Below, in pieces: positions 26,688 through 36,689 of a DNA stretch of 64,000 nt (position 1 is its first letter; each line of letters opens with the position of its first letter). This stretch comes from an uncultured Saprospiraceae bacterium. Lineage in GTDB: Bacteria > Bacteroidota > Bacteroidia > Chitinophagales > Saprospiraceae. The notes beneath the pieces are model-generated. The model saw only the letters and a program-made list of their open reading frames with translations, did no database searches and was not told where the DNA came from. Both the position numbers and the translations under genes were made by a program. Where the stretch lies: positions 3,461-67,460 of the forward strand of contig CAZFBN010000004.1 in NCBI GenBank assembly GCA_964517145.1, given 5' to 3'.

Positions 26688-27269
26688 TCATAGATTTTTA
26701 TAAAGATTGTTGTTTGTCAAATAATGATACACTGCATCGGGCACCAAATATTGAATGGATTTGCCATTTTTTAAACAATAGCGAATGTAAGTCGCCGAAA
26801 TTTCCATCATTGGCACCTGATCGTATATGCGCACACTGGGGTGATCCGCCAATTCCCCCTTCTCGAAATCAGGGCGGTCGTACACATAAATTTGGTAGTC
26901 GCGCAGCAGCAATTCATAATTTTTCCACTTTGGCAAAGTCGCCAGGTTGTCACCTCCCATAATGAGCACAAATTCCTTTGCAGGGTATTTTTCTTTCAAC
27001 ACCGCGAGCGTGTCAATGGTAAAGGAAGGTTTGGGCAAGCTAAATTCAATATCAGAAACGCGCAGTTGCAGATTGTCGCCAATAGCTAACTGAATCAAGT
27101 GAAGCCGATCATGGTCGCGCAGTAGAGTGTGTTTAGGCTTGAGTGGATTTTGCGGAGAAACGATAAACCACACCTGCTGCAAATCCGTTTGCGTCGCCAT
27201 GTAATTGCCGATAATCAGGTGCCCGACGTGTACTGGATTGAACGAGCCAAAAAACAAACCAACTTTCAT
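26688..27269 (-). CDS. nadD: Nicotinate-nucleotide adenylyltransferase
   Basis: MKVGLFFGSFNPVHVGHLIIG (the HxGH motif) and ISATYIR near the C-terminus. Confidence 0.9.
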   Translation of the reverse strand: MKVGLFFGSFNPVHVGHLIIGNYMATQTDLQQVWFIVSPQNPLKPKHTLLRDHDRLHLIQLAIGDNLQLRVSDIEFSLPKPSFTIDTLAVLKEKYPAKEFVLIMGGDNLATLPKWKNYELLLRDYQIYVYDRPDFEKGELADHPSVRIYDQVPMMEISATYIRYCLKNGKSIQYLVPDAVYHYLTNNNLYKNL

Positions 27270-27289
27270 AGATGTGAAATGTGAAATTT

Positions 27290-27335
27290 AAAATTTGAAA
27301 AATACCTGGGCTTTTGGCTTCGTATTTCAAATTTT
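27290..27335 (-). repeat. AAATTTGAAA-type hairpin between the lipoprotein gene stop and the nadD start
   Basis: aaaatttgaaaaatac (27290-27305) pairs with gtatttcaaatttt (27322-27335) with a 2 nt bulge. It is preceded by tgtgaaatgtgaaattt. The right arm overlaps the upstream stop codon, and the hairpin ends about 20 nt before the nadD ATG. Confidence 0.6.
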
Positions 27336-27816
27336 AATTTTCATTTTCCAGGGTATCACGGCGCAGGAAAGCATCTATTTCCAGGCTGTCAAGTTCCATA
27401 AAATCTTCTTCCATTTCGATTTCTTCCTCAGGTGCGTCTATCAGCCATTGATCGTCTATTTTAACCAATTTGTACTCCGTGGTGTAAGGCTCTTCAATAT
27501 CCTTCACTTCACAGATGCAAATAGCAGTGTCCTGCATGATTTGACAATTGATACTCAAAAAAGTAGTGGTAAAAATGGTAGAATCGGCGGGTTCACTTTC
27601 AATGATAGCGCGGAGGTCGTCGAGGCGTCGGCGCTCCGCGGGGGTGCTCAGTTCTTTCGCATCTGCAAACTGATTTTGGTCATAATATGCCTGGTATTGC
27701 CGCACGACTTCTTCCGGGGTGTTGGGCAATTTGGGCTTGCGCTGGCAAGAAAGCAGCACGAGCAGCGGCAAACACAAAAGCAAAAAGTGTTTCATGTATT
27801 GATAATGCTTTTTCAA
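27334..27816 (-). CDS. Hypothetical lipoprotein
   Basis: Lipobox LVLLSC after MKHFLLLCLPL (alternative start at 27795). The C-terminus is acidic. No family recognised. Confidence 0.55.
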   Translation of the reverse strand: MKKHYQYMKHFLLLCLPLLVLLSCQRKPKLPNTPEEVVRQYQAYYDQNQFADAKELSTPAERRRLDDLRAIIESEPADSTIFTTTFLSINCQIMQDTAICICEVKDIEEPYTTEYKLVKIDDQWLIDAPEEEIEMEEDFMELDSLEIDAFLRRDTLENEN

Positions 27817-27924
27817 GGGGTTATAATTCCTTGAAGTACACTGGAAATTTTAGGTTTTCTTTTTTATAATAAATTGAGCAACACAACCTACTATGAATCA
27901 TCCATTTACAATAATCAATTAAAT

Positions 27925-29040
27925 TTAATTGCTCAACATGACCGGCATCACCAGCATCAATATTTCTTCACCTTCTTTCTCTTCCACCGGCAGCAAGATG
28001 CCCGCCCGCGTTGGCGTTGACATTTCCACCTTCACCTCATCCGCATCGAGTACGCTTAGCATTTCCACCAAAAATTTGGCGTTGAAGCCAATAGTCAATG
28101 GATTGCCGTCATAATTACAAGAAAGCTGCTCCACTGCTTCGTTGGAAAAATCTAAATCCTGTGCAGAAACGGTCAAATTTTCACCATTTACTTTTAAAAT
28201 AACCTGATTGGTCGTTTTGTTCGCATAAATGGCGATGCGTTTGAGCGAATTTTGAAAATCGCCGCGTGGCAGCGTCAATACATTTGGATTATCCACAGGT
28301 ATAACAGCGTTATAATCAGGGTAACGCGCATCAATCAGGCGGCAGACGAGCTGCGTTTCATTGAAAGAAAAGAAAGCATTGGCTTTGTTAAACGACAGTT
28401 TGACCTCTGCGCTGGTAGGCAGCGCGCCTTTCAGCAAATTCAGGGCTTTTTTAGGCACAATGAAAGAGGTGGACACGTCGCTCGCGACTTCTGAGAACGT
28501 ATATTTTACAAGCTTGTGCGCGTCGGTTGCTACAAACGTTATTTTATTAAAATCCACCTGAAAATACACGCCCGACATTGCCGGCCGCAGCTCATCGTTG
28601 CTTGTTGCAAACAGCGTTTTGTTGATACCTTGCAATAAAACATGGCTTTGCAGCGTCACGGTATCCACAGTGTCAGGCTCCGGAATGCGCGGAAAATCAG
28701 CCCCGTTTTCACCGGCAAGGCGGTATTTGCCGTAAGCGGATGTAATCTCAATCCCAAAATTATCTTGATTCACCGAAAAAGTGATCGGCTGCTGGGGCAA
28801 AGCTTTGAGCGTTTCGAGCAAAATTTTGGCAGGCACCGCCACGGCACCGTCCGAGTCCGCCATTACTTCGATCTCGGTCGTAATGGAAGTTTCCAGGTCG
28901 GTAGCGGCGATGATGAGTCTGCCGCCATTAATGGTGAATAAAAAATCTTCCAGAATCGGCAATACGGGGTTAGAACCGATGGCGCCACCGGCGATTTGCA
29001 GGCGCTTGAGGAGTTCGGAAGAAGAAACGCTGAATTTCAT
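27925..29040 (-). CDS. dnaN: DNA polymerase III subunit beta (sliding clamp)
   Basis: MKFSVSSSELLKRLQIAGGAIGSNPVLPILEDFLF..., 371 aa with a three-domain clamp pattern. Confidence 0.92.
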   Translation of the reverse strand: MKFSVSSSELLKRLQIAGGAIGSNPVLPILEDFLFTINGGRLIIAATDLETSITTEIEVMADSDGAVAVPAKILLETLKALPQQPITFSVNQDNFGIEITSAYGKYRLAGENGADFPRIPEPDTVDTVTLQSHVLLQGINKTLFATSNDELRPAMSGVYFQVDFNKITFVATDAHKLVKYTFSEVASDVSTSFIVPKKALNLLKGALPTSAEVKLSFNKANAFFSFNETQLVCRLIDARYPDYNAVIPVDNPNVLTLPRGDFQNSLKRIAIYANKTTNQVILKVNGENLTVSAQDLDFSNEAVEQLSCNYDGNPLTIGFNAKFLVEMLSVLDADEVKVEMSTPTRAGILLPVEEKEGEEILMLVMPVMLSN

Positions 29041-29051
29041 AGTGGAATGAT

Positions 29052-29088
29052 TGCTGATTATTAATTGTTAACTGCTGATTTTTAATTG
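29052..29088. repeat. Two 16 bp direct repeats, 21 bp apart, immediately upstream of dnaN
   Basis: tgctgattattaattg (29052-29067) and tgctgatttttaattg (29073-29088) match at 15 of 16 positions. Confidence 0.6.
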
Positions 29089-29323
29089 GTTATTCAAATT
29101 TTAGCAATACGACTTTTTTAATTGTATGAATAAATAAAAACCAACAATTCTAAGAATGCAAAAATAGGGTTTCCTTACAATTTTTTTAGTAAGAATATTC
29201 AACAAGCTGTCGAAAACTCGTGATAAGTGGTCAAGATCAAGCTGTTTTTTGAAAAAACAAAAAGATTTGTCAATAAAACGGAATAAATCGGGCTGCGAAC
29301 ATTCGGCATCTGGCATCTATTTC

Positions 29324-29331
29324 TATCTTTG
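29324..29331 (+). promoter_or_regulatory. Bacteroidota -7 promoter box (TAtcTTTG) for the non-catalytic M16 gene
   Basis: It matches TAnnTTTG 22 nt upstream of ATG 29354. Confidence 0.45.
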
Positions 29332-29353
29332 CAAGCTTAATTTTCAAGGACTT

Positions 29354-30637
29354 ATGTTAGACAGAACCCAAACACCGCTGATTCACGAAATCAATCGCCT
29401 GGTGTTGCCGCCGGTGCAAACGTTTACACTCGACAACGGCATTCCTGTGTATGTTGTGAATATGGGCACGCAGGAAGTGCTGAAGTTGGAGGTGATTTTC
29501 AATGCAGGGCGCCCATTTGAGCAAACGCAGCTGGCGGCGCGGGCGACGGCTTCGATGTTGAAAGAAGGAACGGCGAGTTTTACCTCCGCAGCCATTGCAG
29601 AACAGATTGATTTCTATGGCAGTAGCATCAGCACACCTTTTAATATTGATACGACGAATATTTTGTTGTACAGCTTGAATAAATATTTTGATAAAGTGTT
29701 GCCAATCTTAGCTGAAATGCTGGCTTCGCCGACGTTTCCACAGAAGGAATTGGACACGTTTATTCAGGTCAATCAGCAAAATTTGCAAATTGATCTCACT
29801 AAAAACGATACCCTGGCGTACCGCGCAGTGACGGAATTAATTTTTGGGAAAACGCATCCTTACGGCTACAACAGTTATCCGGCGACTTATGGCGAGTTGA
29901 AGCGAGATGATTTAATCCGGCATTATGAACATTGTTACACTGCTGGCAATTGCAAGATTGTCATCAGCGGCAAAGTGACCGATTCAATGTTAACTTCATT
30001 GAACCAGTACCTGGGCAATGCGATTCGCTCCGGCGACCTACTCACGGCGCAACCCGTGGCACAGCCTTCGCCTGATCGTAAACTGCGCATTAAAAATGAT
30101 GAAACGGTACAAATGGCACTGCGCGTCGGCAGGCAATTGTTCAATCGGCATCACCCGGATTATGCAGGTTGGTACATCCTCAACACCGTGATTGGTGGCT
30201 ACTTTGGCTCGCGCCTGATGGAAAACATTCGCGAAGAAAAAGGCTATACCTACAATATTTATTCGATGCTGGACACCATGGTACACGACGGCTGTTTTTA
30301 CATCGCAACTGAAGTAGGCAATGAATTTATCAATCAGACGCTCGATGAAATTTACAAAGAAATGGAAGTGTTGCAGCACGAGCCTGTGGAGGAGGAAGAA
30401 TTGGAAATGGTACGAAATTATGTGCTCGGCGGCTTTTTAAATATGCTTGACGGACCGTTTAACGTTTCAGAAGTGGTGAAAACACTGATAACAGAAAATT
30501 TGCCTTTGACCTATTTTGAAACTTTGGTCAGCGATGTACAAAAAGTAAGTGCAGAAGATTTGCTCGCATTGTCAAAGCAATATTTAAATCCAAATGATTT
30601 CTGGGAGGTAGTAGCCGGCGAGGTGGATAAAATGTGA
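29354..30637 (+). CDS. M16 family peptidase-like protein lacking the HxxEH zinc motif (probably a non-catalytic subunit)
   Basis: It has M16 fold features, but the position of the zinc motif reads AARATASMLKEGT with no His. ATG at 29354 is preferred because a TAtcTTTG -7 box sits at 29324-29331, inside the longer track ORF. Confidence 0.75.
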   Translation: MLDRTQTPLIHEINRLVLPPVQTFTLDNGIPVYVVNMGTQEVLKLEVIFNAGRPFEQTQLAARATASMLKEGTASFTSAAIAEQIDFYGSSISTPFNIDTTNILLYSLNKYFDKVLPILAEMLASPTFPQKELDTFIQVNQQNLQIDLTKNDTLAYRAVTELIFGKTHPYGYNSYPATYGELKRDDLIRHYEHCYTAGNCKIVISGKVTDSMLTSLNQYLGNAIRSGDLLTAQPVAQPSPDRKLRIKNDETVQMALRVGRQLFNRHHPDYAGWYILNTVIGGYFGSRLMENIREEKGYTYNIYSMLDTMVHDGCFYIATEVGNEFINQTLDEIYKEMEVLQHEPVEEEELEMVRNYVLGGFLNMLDGPFNVSEVVKTLITENLPLTYFETLVSDVQKVSAEDLLALSKQYLNPNDFWEVVAGEVDKM

Positions 30638-30879
30638 AACAAGTTATCGGTAATTCTTAATTGCTACCCCTTCATCCAAAATAACAGATATGCAATAAAT
30701 TAAGAATGATTTTTTACTTTCTTTTTCCATAAATTTTTTATTCTTTTGCGGCGGTAAAAGGCAGCAGCTTGAAAACCGCGCAGAAATGTCGAAAATCAGA
30801 AGAAAAATTGTACCTTTTCAGCTGATTTTCAAATCTATTAATAACATACGACAACCCAAAAATAGAGAGCAAAAGATAA

Positions 30880-31911
30880 ATGAAACTTTTCAGCCTATTC
30901 AGACAAGAACTTGCGATTGACCTGGGAACTGCCAACACGCTGATTATTCAAGACGGACAGGTGGTTGTAGATGAGCCCTCCATTGTTGCCATTAATCGGA
31001 AAACGGGAGAAACGATCGCCGTGGGCAGGAAGGCGATGCAAATGCACGAGAAAACCCATGAAGATATAAAAACCATTCGTCCGCTCAAAGATGGCGTTAT
31101 TGCAGATTTTCAAGCAGCGGAGAGCATGATAGAGGGTTTTATCAATATGATCGGCAAGCGGCAGCGCCTTTTTTCGCATTTGAAAATGGTGATTTGTATT
31201 CCATCCGGCATTACGGAAGTGGAAAAACGTGCCGTATTCGACTCAGCGGACCACGTGGATTCTAAAGAAACCTATTTGATACATGAACCCATGGCGGCAG
31301 CGTTGGGTATCGGCTTGGATGTGGAAGAGCCGGTGGGCAATATGATTATTGACATCGGTGGCGGTACAACGGAAATTGCAGTGATCGCATTGGCAGGTAT
31401 TGTAGCCGACCAATCCATTCGCATTGCAGGGGATGAGTTGAATACCGATATTGTAAGCTACATGAAGCGTCAGCACAATATTTTGATCGGAGAGCGGACA
31501 GCTGAGCAAATCAAAATAAATGTTGGCTCTGCGTTGCATGAATTAGAAGATGCACCAGATGAATACGCGGTAAACGGTCGGGATTTAATGACTGGCATTC
31601 CAAAGCAGATCAAAGTCAATTACAGCGAAATTGCGCATTGTTTGGATAAATCCATCGCAAAAATAGAAGATGCAATCCTGAAAGCATTAGAAACCACCCC
31701 TCCGGAATTAGCATCCGATATTTACCGTACTGGTTTATATCTGACAGGCGGAGGTGCGTTGTTGCGCGGTTTGGACAAGCGCATTGCGCAAAAAACCAAG
31801 CTGCCGGTTCATATTGCTGAAGACCCGCTGCGTGCGGTAGTGCGCGGCACAGGCATTGCGCTTAAAAATACGCATCGTTTCTCTTTCCTGATTGACCGGA
31901 AAAGTGTCTGA
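30880..31911 (+). CDS. mreB: Rod shape-determining protein MreB
   Basis: ELAIDLGTANTLIIQDGQVVVDEPSIVAI ... DIGGGTTEIAVI ... LTGGGALLRGLD. Confidence 0.95.
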   Translation: MKLFSLFRQELAIDLGTANTLIIQDGQVVVDEPSIVAINRKTGETIAVGRKAMQMHEKTHEDIKTIRPLKDGVIADFQAAESMIEGFINMIGKRQRLFSHLKMVICIPSGITEVEKRAVFDSADHVDSKETYLIHEPMAAALGIGLDVEEPVGNMIIDIGGGTTEIAVIALAGIVADQSIRIAGDELNTDIVSYMKRQHNILIGERTAEQIKINVGSALHELEDAPDEYAVNGRDLMTGIPKQIKVNYSEIAHCLDKSIAKIEDAILKALETTPPELASDIYRTGLYLTGGGALLRGLDKRIAQKTKLPVHIAEDPLRAVVRGTGIALKNTHRFSFLIDRKSV

Positions 31912-32021
31912 TTTTCAATTCTGGTGGTTGGTTTGAGGGTTGATTTTGTTAAGGCCTTGCCCCTTTGAGACTATAAACAAATCGCAAGCGTTCAAACATC
32001 TGAGATTCAAACAAGTAAAAG

Positions 32022-32900
32022 ATGCGCGGTCTGTTTTTATTTTTGGCAAACAACAGTAGTGCATTCCTCTTTTTTTTTCTGGAAGCCATCTGTTTTTACC
32101 TGATAGTGCGATTCAACGACAATCAGCAGCGCATTTATTTAAGCACCTCCAACGCTTTTACCGGTTATTTGAATAAAAAATCGGACGATATTTATAATTA
32201 TTTTTCGCTCGACGATCAAAATGAAATGCTGCAACGGGAGAATGCTTTGCTGCGTCAGCAATTGCAACGCATGGCGCGCACACAGGGCGATTCTCTTCTG
32301 GCAGACACGGCATTGAGCGGCGTTTTTACTTTTTTTCCAGAAGATAGCACCGGAAAAGATACCCTTCGCGACGATTATACGTACATTCCAGTGGGCGTGA
32401 TTGACAATTCTATTTCCAGCGAAATCAATACATTGACGCTCAACCGAGGTAGAAAAGATGGAATCGAACCCCACATGGGGGTTATCAATGGCGATGGTGT
32501 GGTGGGCATTGTGCGAGAAGTGTCGGATCATTATAGCATGGTGATGTCCATTTTGCATCGGCAAACGCGCATTTCGGCAGCCGTAAAAGGCTCTTCGGCA
32601 TTTGGCGTGTTGCGTTGGCATGGCAATGACCCACTGCGCATGCACCTGGAAGACATTCCTAAGCATGAAACTGTTGAAAAAGGGGACACTGTCATCACCA
32701 CTGGATACCCCTTGTCGCATATTTTTCCGGGCGGTATTTTTATTGGTACGGTAGAAAAGGCATACAAGGAATCGGGTGCCAATTTTTACACGATCATTGT
32801 AAAATTAAACATTCGTATGAGCGGCACTCATCATGCTTATGTGGTGTCCTTGAATCACCGGAAAGAACTTTTAGAACTACAAGCACAAAAGCCGAAATGA
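32022..32900 (+). CDS. mreC: Rod shape-determining protein MreC
   Basis: N-terminal TM helix, a coiled coil (ENALLRQQLQRM), and the position after mreB. Confidence 0.8.
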   Translation: MRGLFLFLANNSSAFLFFFLEAICFYLIVRFNDNQQRIYLSTSNAFTGYLNKKSDDIYNYFSLDDQNEMLQRENALLRQQLQRMARTQGDSLLADTALSGVFTFFPEDSTGKDTLRDDYTYIPVGVIDNSISSEINTLTLNRGRKDGIEPHMGVINGDGVVGIVREVSDHYSMVMSILHRQTRISAAVKGSSAFGVLRWHGNDPLRMHLEDIPKHETVEKGDTVITTGYPLSHIFPGGIFIGTVEKAYKESGANFYTIIVKLNIRMSGTHHAYVVSLNHRKELLELQAQKPK

Positions 32901-33418
32901 ACAGAAATGCCGTCATTGCCAATATTATACGTTTTATCGGCTTTTTGCTAGTGCAGGGCTTGGTGCTGAAGCGCGTTACCCTGGAGCTTGACCTCCCGTA
33001 TGCGCAAATTCTTTTGTATCCGCTTTTTATTATGTTGTTGCCCCTGCGTATGCCGCGTCCGCTGGTCATTCTTTCTGCTTTTGCAATGGGAATTTTGCTG
33101 GACTGGTTTAATAATTCCTGGGGCATTCATGCCAGTGCCAGTCTGGTGACAGCCGTTGCACGTCCTTTTATTTTTAAAAGACTCGAACCACGCGGCGGCT
33201 ACACGGCAGCACATGCGCCTAATCGCGAACGAATGGGTTGGGACTGGTTTTTGCGGTATTCTGCTTTTTTGTTAGGATTGCATCTGCTCTTTTATTTTTC
33301 GGTAGAATCTTTTACCTTCGTTTACATAGGGCGAATTTTGTTAAAAACCGTTTCCAGTTTTATGATTACCATGGTTTTTGTACTCATTTATATGCAGCTT
33401 TTTAATCCTAAGGAATGA
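32897..33418 (+). CDS. mreD: Rod shape-determining protein MreD
   Basis: Small polytopic membrane protein. Its start overlaps the mreC stop (ATGA). The call rests on position. Confidence 0.65.
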   Translation: MNRNAVIANIIRFIGFLLVQGLVLKRVTLELDLPYAQILLYPLFIMLLPLRMPRPLVILSAFAMGILLDWFNNSWGIHASASLVTAVARPFIFKRLEPRGGYTAAHAPNRERMGWDWFLRYSAFLLGLHLLFYFSVESFTFVYIGRILLKTVSSFMITMVFVLIYMQLFNPKE

Positions 33419-33529
33419 GTAGTCGATAGTTGAGGCTTGTTTTTAAAAAATTGGTAAAGCTGTAACAGAAACCCCAATTCGAAAGCAAAAATTACTGCAT
33501 TGGCAGTTGATATAGTAGCATCATAAAAA

Positions 33530-35431
33530 ATGGCATCCGATAACAATCGCAACCGACAAATTACGATTCAACTGGTTTTTGTGCTGGCGTCCCTGCTGCT
33601 GATAGGCAAAGCCATGCAATTACAGTTGCTTGATGGCTCGTATCGCGCCAATGCGGATGCGACTGCCATTCAGGAATATACAATTTATCCTGCACGCGGG
33701 CTTATTTATGATCGCGAAGGCAAGTTACTGATTTACAATACCCCTTCTTACGACATCATGTTGACGTATAAGCAGGTGGATTGGACGAAATTTGACACAA
33801 CCAAATTTTGTTCGCTGCTTGGCATTTCAAAAGAATATTTCATTCACAATTCTCAGCGCAATTGGGAAGATGAACGGTATTCCAAAGCAGTGCCTTTTCC
33901 GTTTATGAGCAAAGTGTCGCCTGATTTTTGTGCGCGTTTTCAAGAAAGTTTGTACGAATTTCCGGGTTTTTTCATTCAGTTGCGTCACGCGCGGGGGTAT
34001 CCGCATCACAATGCAGCGCATTTGCTGGGTTATATTCGCGAAGTAAATCCTGATGAAATCCTTAAAAATAAAAGCAAAGACGAGGGAAAGGATTTGTATC
34101 AAATGGGCGATTACATCGGTGCTAGCGGTATTGAAAAATTTTATGAAAAAGCGCTGAGTGGCAAAAAAGGCATGAAGCTGATGCTCAAGGACAACCTGGG
34201 GCGGGAAATGGGGCGTCACGAAGATGGAAAATTTGACACGCCGCCTGTTTCGGGTGCGAATATCAAAACCACGATTGATCTTGATTTGCAAGCGTATGGC
34301 GAGTGGCTGATGCAAAATAAAATTGGGGGTATTGTTGCCATTGAACCTAAAACAGGCGAAGTGCTGGCGATGGTGAGCGCGCCAACGTATGATCCTAATC
34401 TGCTGGCGCTCAACCAGAACAGAAGCAGGGAATTCTCCAGGTTATTAGCGGATTCTAATAAAGTTTTTCTCGACCGCTCTGTGCAAGCCATGTATCCGCC
34501 AGGCTCTTTGTTCAAGCCGATTGTAGCATTAATTGCCATGCAAGAAGGGGTTTTGGATCCGGATCGAACCATTGGCTGCCGGATGGGCTACTACGGCGGT
34601 GGCTTGCGCACGGCTTGTCACGGACACCCTACTTGTACGAATGTGGCTATGGGCATTCAACACTCTTGCAATGCCTATTTTGTAACCGTTTTTCGGGACA
34701 TGGTGGATAAATACGGCGCCCGAAATCCCCAAAAGGGCTTGAATGAGTTTAACACTTACTTAGCCAAATTTGGTTTAGGTGCGCCGCTTGGCATTGATTT
34801 TCCGAATGAAAAAGGAGGTTTCTATCCAACTTCTGACTATTACACCCGCATTTACAATCGCCAACAAGAAGGACAAAAATGGAATTCCAACTGGATTCGG
34901 TCGGTGGGCATTGGGCAAGGTGAAATGTTGCTGACTACGTTGCAAATGGCAAATTTAGGTGCAATGATCGCAAACCGAGGCTTTTTTATCACGCCGCACC
35001 TTATCAAGGAGTACCAGTTGGAAACAGAAAATGGCATTGAAAATCAACCGCTTAAAGATGAATTTACCCAGCCCAAGCACGTTGGCATTGATTGGAAATA
35101 TTTCACGCCGGTGGTGGACGGCATGCGGGGCGCTGTGACAGGTGGTACGGCGCGTGTCGCCAATTTGCCCGATATTGAAATTTGTGGTAAAACGGGTACT
35201 GCCGAAAACCCTCATGGCAAGGATCATTCCATTTTTTACGGCTTTGCGCCAAAGGATGATCCGAAGATTGCCATTGCGGTGTACGTCGAAAATGCAGGCT
35301 TTGGCGCTACGTATGCTGCGCCGATTGCCAGTTTGATGATTGAAAAATATTTGACAGACACGATTCGCACGGAGCGTAAATTCCTGGAAGACCGAGTGCT
35401 GAAGGCAAACTTGATGTCGAGCAAGCCTTAA
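33530..35431 (+). CDS. mrdA: Penicillin-binding protein 2 (elongasome transpeptidase)
   Basis: PBP dimerisation domain plus a transpeptidase domain with SxxK (PGSLFKP), SxN (HSCN) and KTG (GKTGTA). Confidence 0.9.
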   Translation: MASDNNRNRQITIQLVFVLASLLLIGKAMQLQLLDGSYRANADATAIQEYTIYPARGLIYDREGKLLIYNTPSYDIMLTYKQVDWTKFDTTKFCSLLGISKEYFIHNSQRNWEDERYSKAVPFPFMSKVSPDFCARFQESLYEFPGFFIQLRHARGYPHHNAAHLLGYIREVNPDEILKNKSKDEGKDLYQMGDYIGASGIEKFYEKALSGKKGMKLMLKDNLGREMGRHEDGKFDTPPVSGANIKTTIDLDLQAYGEWLMQNKIGGIVAIEPKTGEVLAMVSAPTYDPNLLALNQNRSREFSRLLADSNKVFLDRSVQAMYPPGSLFKPIVALIAMQEGVLDPDRTIGCRMGYYGGGLRTACHGHPTCTNVAMGIQHSCNAYFVTVFRDMVDKYGARNPQKGLNEFNTYLAKFGLGAPLGIDFPNEKGGFYPTSDYYTRIYNRQQEGQKWNSNWIRSVGIGQGEMLLTTLQMANLGAMIANRGFFITPHLIKEYQLETENGIENQPLKDEFTQPKHVGIDWKYFTPVVDGMRGAVTGGTARVANLPDIEICGKTGTAENPHGKDHSIFYGFAPKDDPKIAIAVYVENAGFGATYAAPIASLMIEKYLTDTIRTERKFLEDRVLKANLMSSKP

Positions 35432-35482
35432 TATTACATTCCGAATAGGGCAATTTATAAGCAGTAGTAAAACTTTTTCTTA

Positions 35483-36658
35483 ATGCGTTTTTCTCTCTTT
35501 TTGATAATGTTGTGCCTGGGCGCGTGGCATGTTGTCAATGCTCAGGATATGCTTTCGCAAAATCCCTGGCAAATCAAATTGCTTTTTGTGGGCGACATCA
35601 TGGGGCATGGTACGCAGATTGCTGCCGCTGAAGTTGAAAAAAATAAATCATACGATTACTCGCCTTGTTTTGAATATGTGGCACCCATTTTACAACAAGC
35701 GGATCTCGCCATCGGCAATTTAGAATTGACCTTACCTGGCAAGCCGCCTTACCAGGGCTATCCTCTTTTTCGTAGTCCCAAGGATTTGGCATTAGCCTTG
35801 CGCTACGCTGGATTTGACTTTTTGTTAACAGCCAACAATCATTCCAACGACAGTGGTTTGGAGGGTGTTTTGAATACCATCACTACCCTCGAAGCATATG
35901 GTTTTTACCAAACCGGCACTTTTAAAAATCAGGAAGCCCGCGATGCTTTTTATCCTTTGATTATTTACAAAAATAACTTTCGGCTGGCGTTTCTGAATTA
36001 TACCTACGATACCAATGGCATTCCAACACGAGCACCTTCCATTGTGAATGAAATCAAAGAAGCGCAGATTGAAAAAGACATGGCAGTGGCGCGACAATTG
36101 CAGCCGGATGCGATCATAGTGGTGATGCACTGGGGCGACGAGTACCAATTGCAGGAAAATGCCAAGCAACGCGCTCTGGCACAAAAATTGGCAGACTGGG
36201 GGGCGGATTTAATCATCGGCGCTCACCCGCACGTGGTGCAACCAATTAAAACGATAACGACCCAATTGGCGGATAGTACAGCAAAAATAGTTCCAATCGC
36301 ATATTCGCTGGGCAATTTCATTTCCGGGCAAGTCAAATTGCATACTGATGGCGGGTTGATGCTGGAAATCACTTTGCAAAAAGACCCGGCATCGGGCAAG
36401 GTTCAAATTCAAACACCGCAATACCTACCTGTTTGGCGCTGGGTACAGCGGCATGCCGATGGTAAAAAAACGTATCGTGCCGTGCCTATTGCTCCTTTTG
36501 AAACCGATGCCAGTGCCATTGGTATGAATGCGACCGACCATGCTGCCATGCTGCGCTACGCCCGCGCTACCCGCAAAAACCTGGAAAAATCGCAAGCCAC
36601 CGAAAGAAAGCTCCCTTTGGATGAACTAAAGCTGCCGGTTGTGAATTCTTCTAATTGA
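35483..36658 (+). CDS. CapA/PGA_cap family metallophosphatase-like protein
   Basis: Signal peptide, then LLFVGDIMGH ... DLAIGNLE ... FDFLLTANNHSNDSG ... VVMHWGDEY ... LIIGAHPHVVQP. Confidence 0.8.
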   Translation: MRFSLFLIMLCLGAWHVVNAQDMLSQNPWQIKLLFVGDIMGHGTQIAAAEVEKNKSYDYSPCFEYVAPILQQADLAIGNLELTLPGKPPYQGYPLFRSPKDLALALRYAGFDFLLTANNHSNDSGLEGVLNTITTLEAYGFYQTGTFKNQEARDAFYPLIIYKNNFRLAFLNYTYDTNGIPTRAPSIVNEIKEAQIEKDMAVARQLQPDAIIVVMHWGDEYQLQENAKQRALAQKLADWGADLIIGAHPHVVQPIKTITTQLADSTAKIVPIAYSLGNFISGQVKLHTDGGLMLEITLQKDPASGKVQIQTPQYLPVWRWVQRHADGKKTYRAVPIAPFETDASAIGMNATDHAAMLRYARATRKNLEKSQATERKLPLDELKLPVVNSSN

Positions 36659-36689
36659 TATTGCAAAAATCAACCATTCAACTAAAACT

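Noticed and set aside
29041-29353. The dnaN upstream spacer as the chromosomal origin. It is an AT-rich 313 bp gap at a switch from eight minus-strand to eight plus-strand genes.
   Set aside because: I could not find a single TTATNCACA-type DnaA box on either strand in this spacer. The closest is cttatcac, which lacks a base. The orientation switch alone is not sufficient, and the dnaB upstream region is the better candidate.
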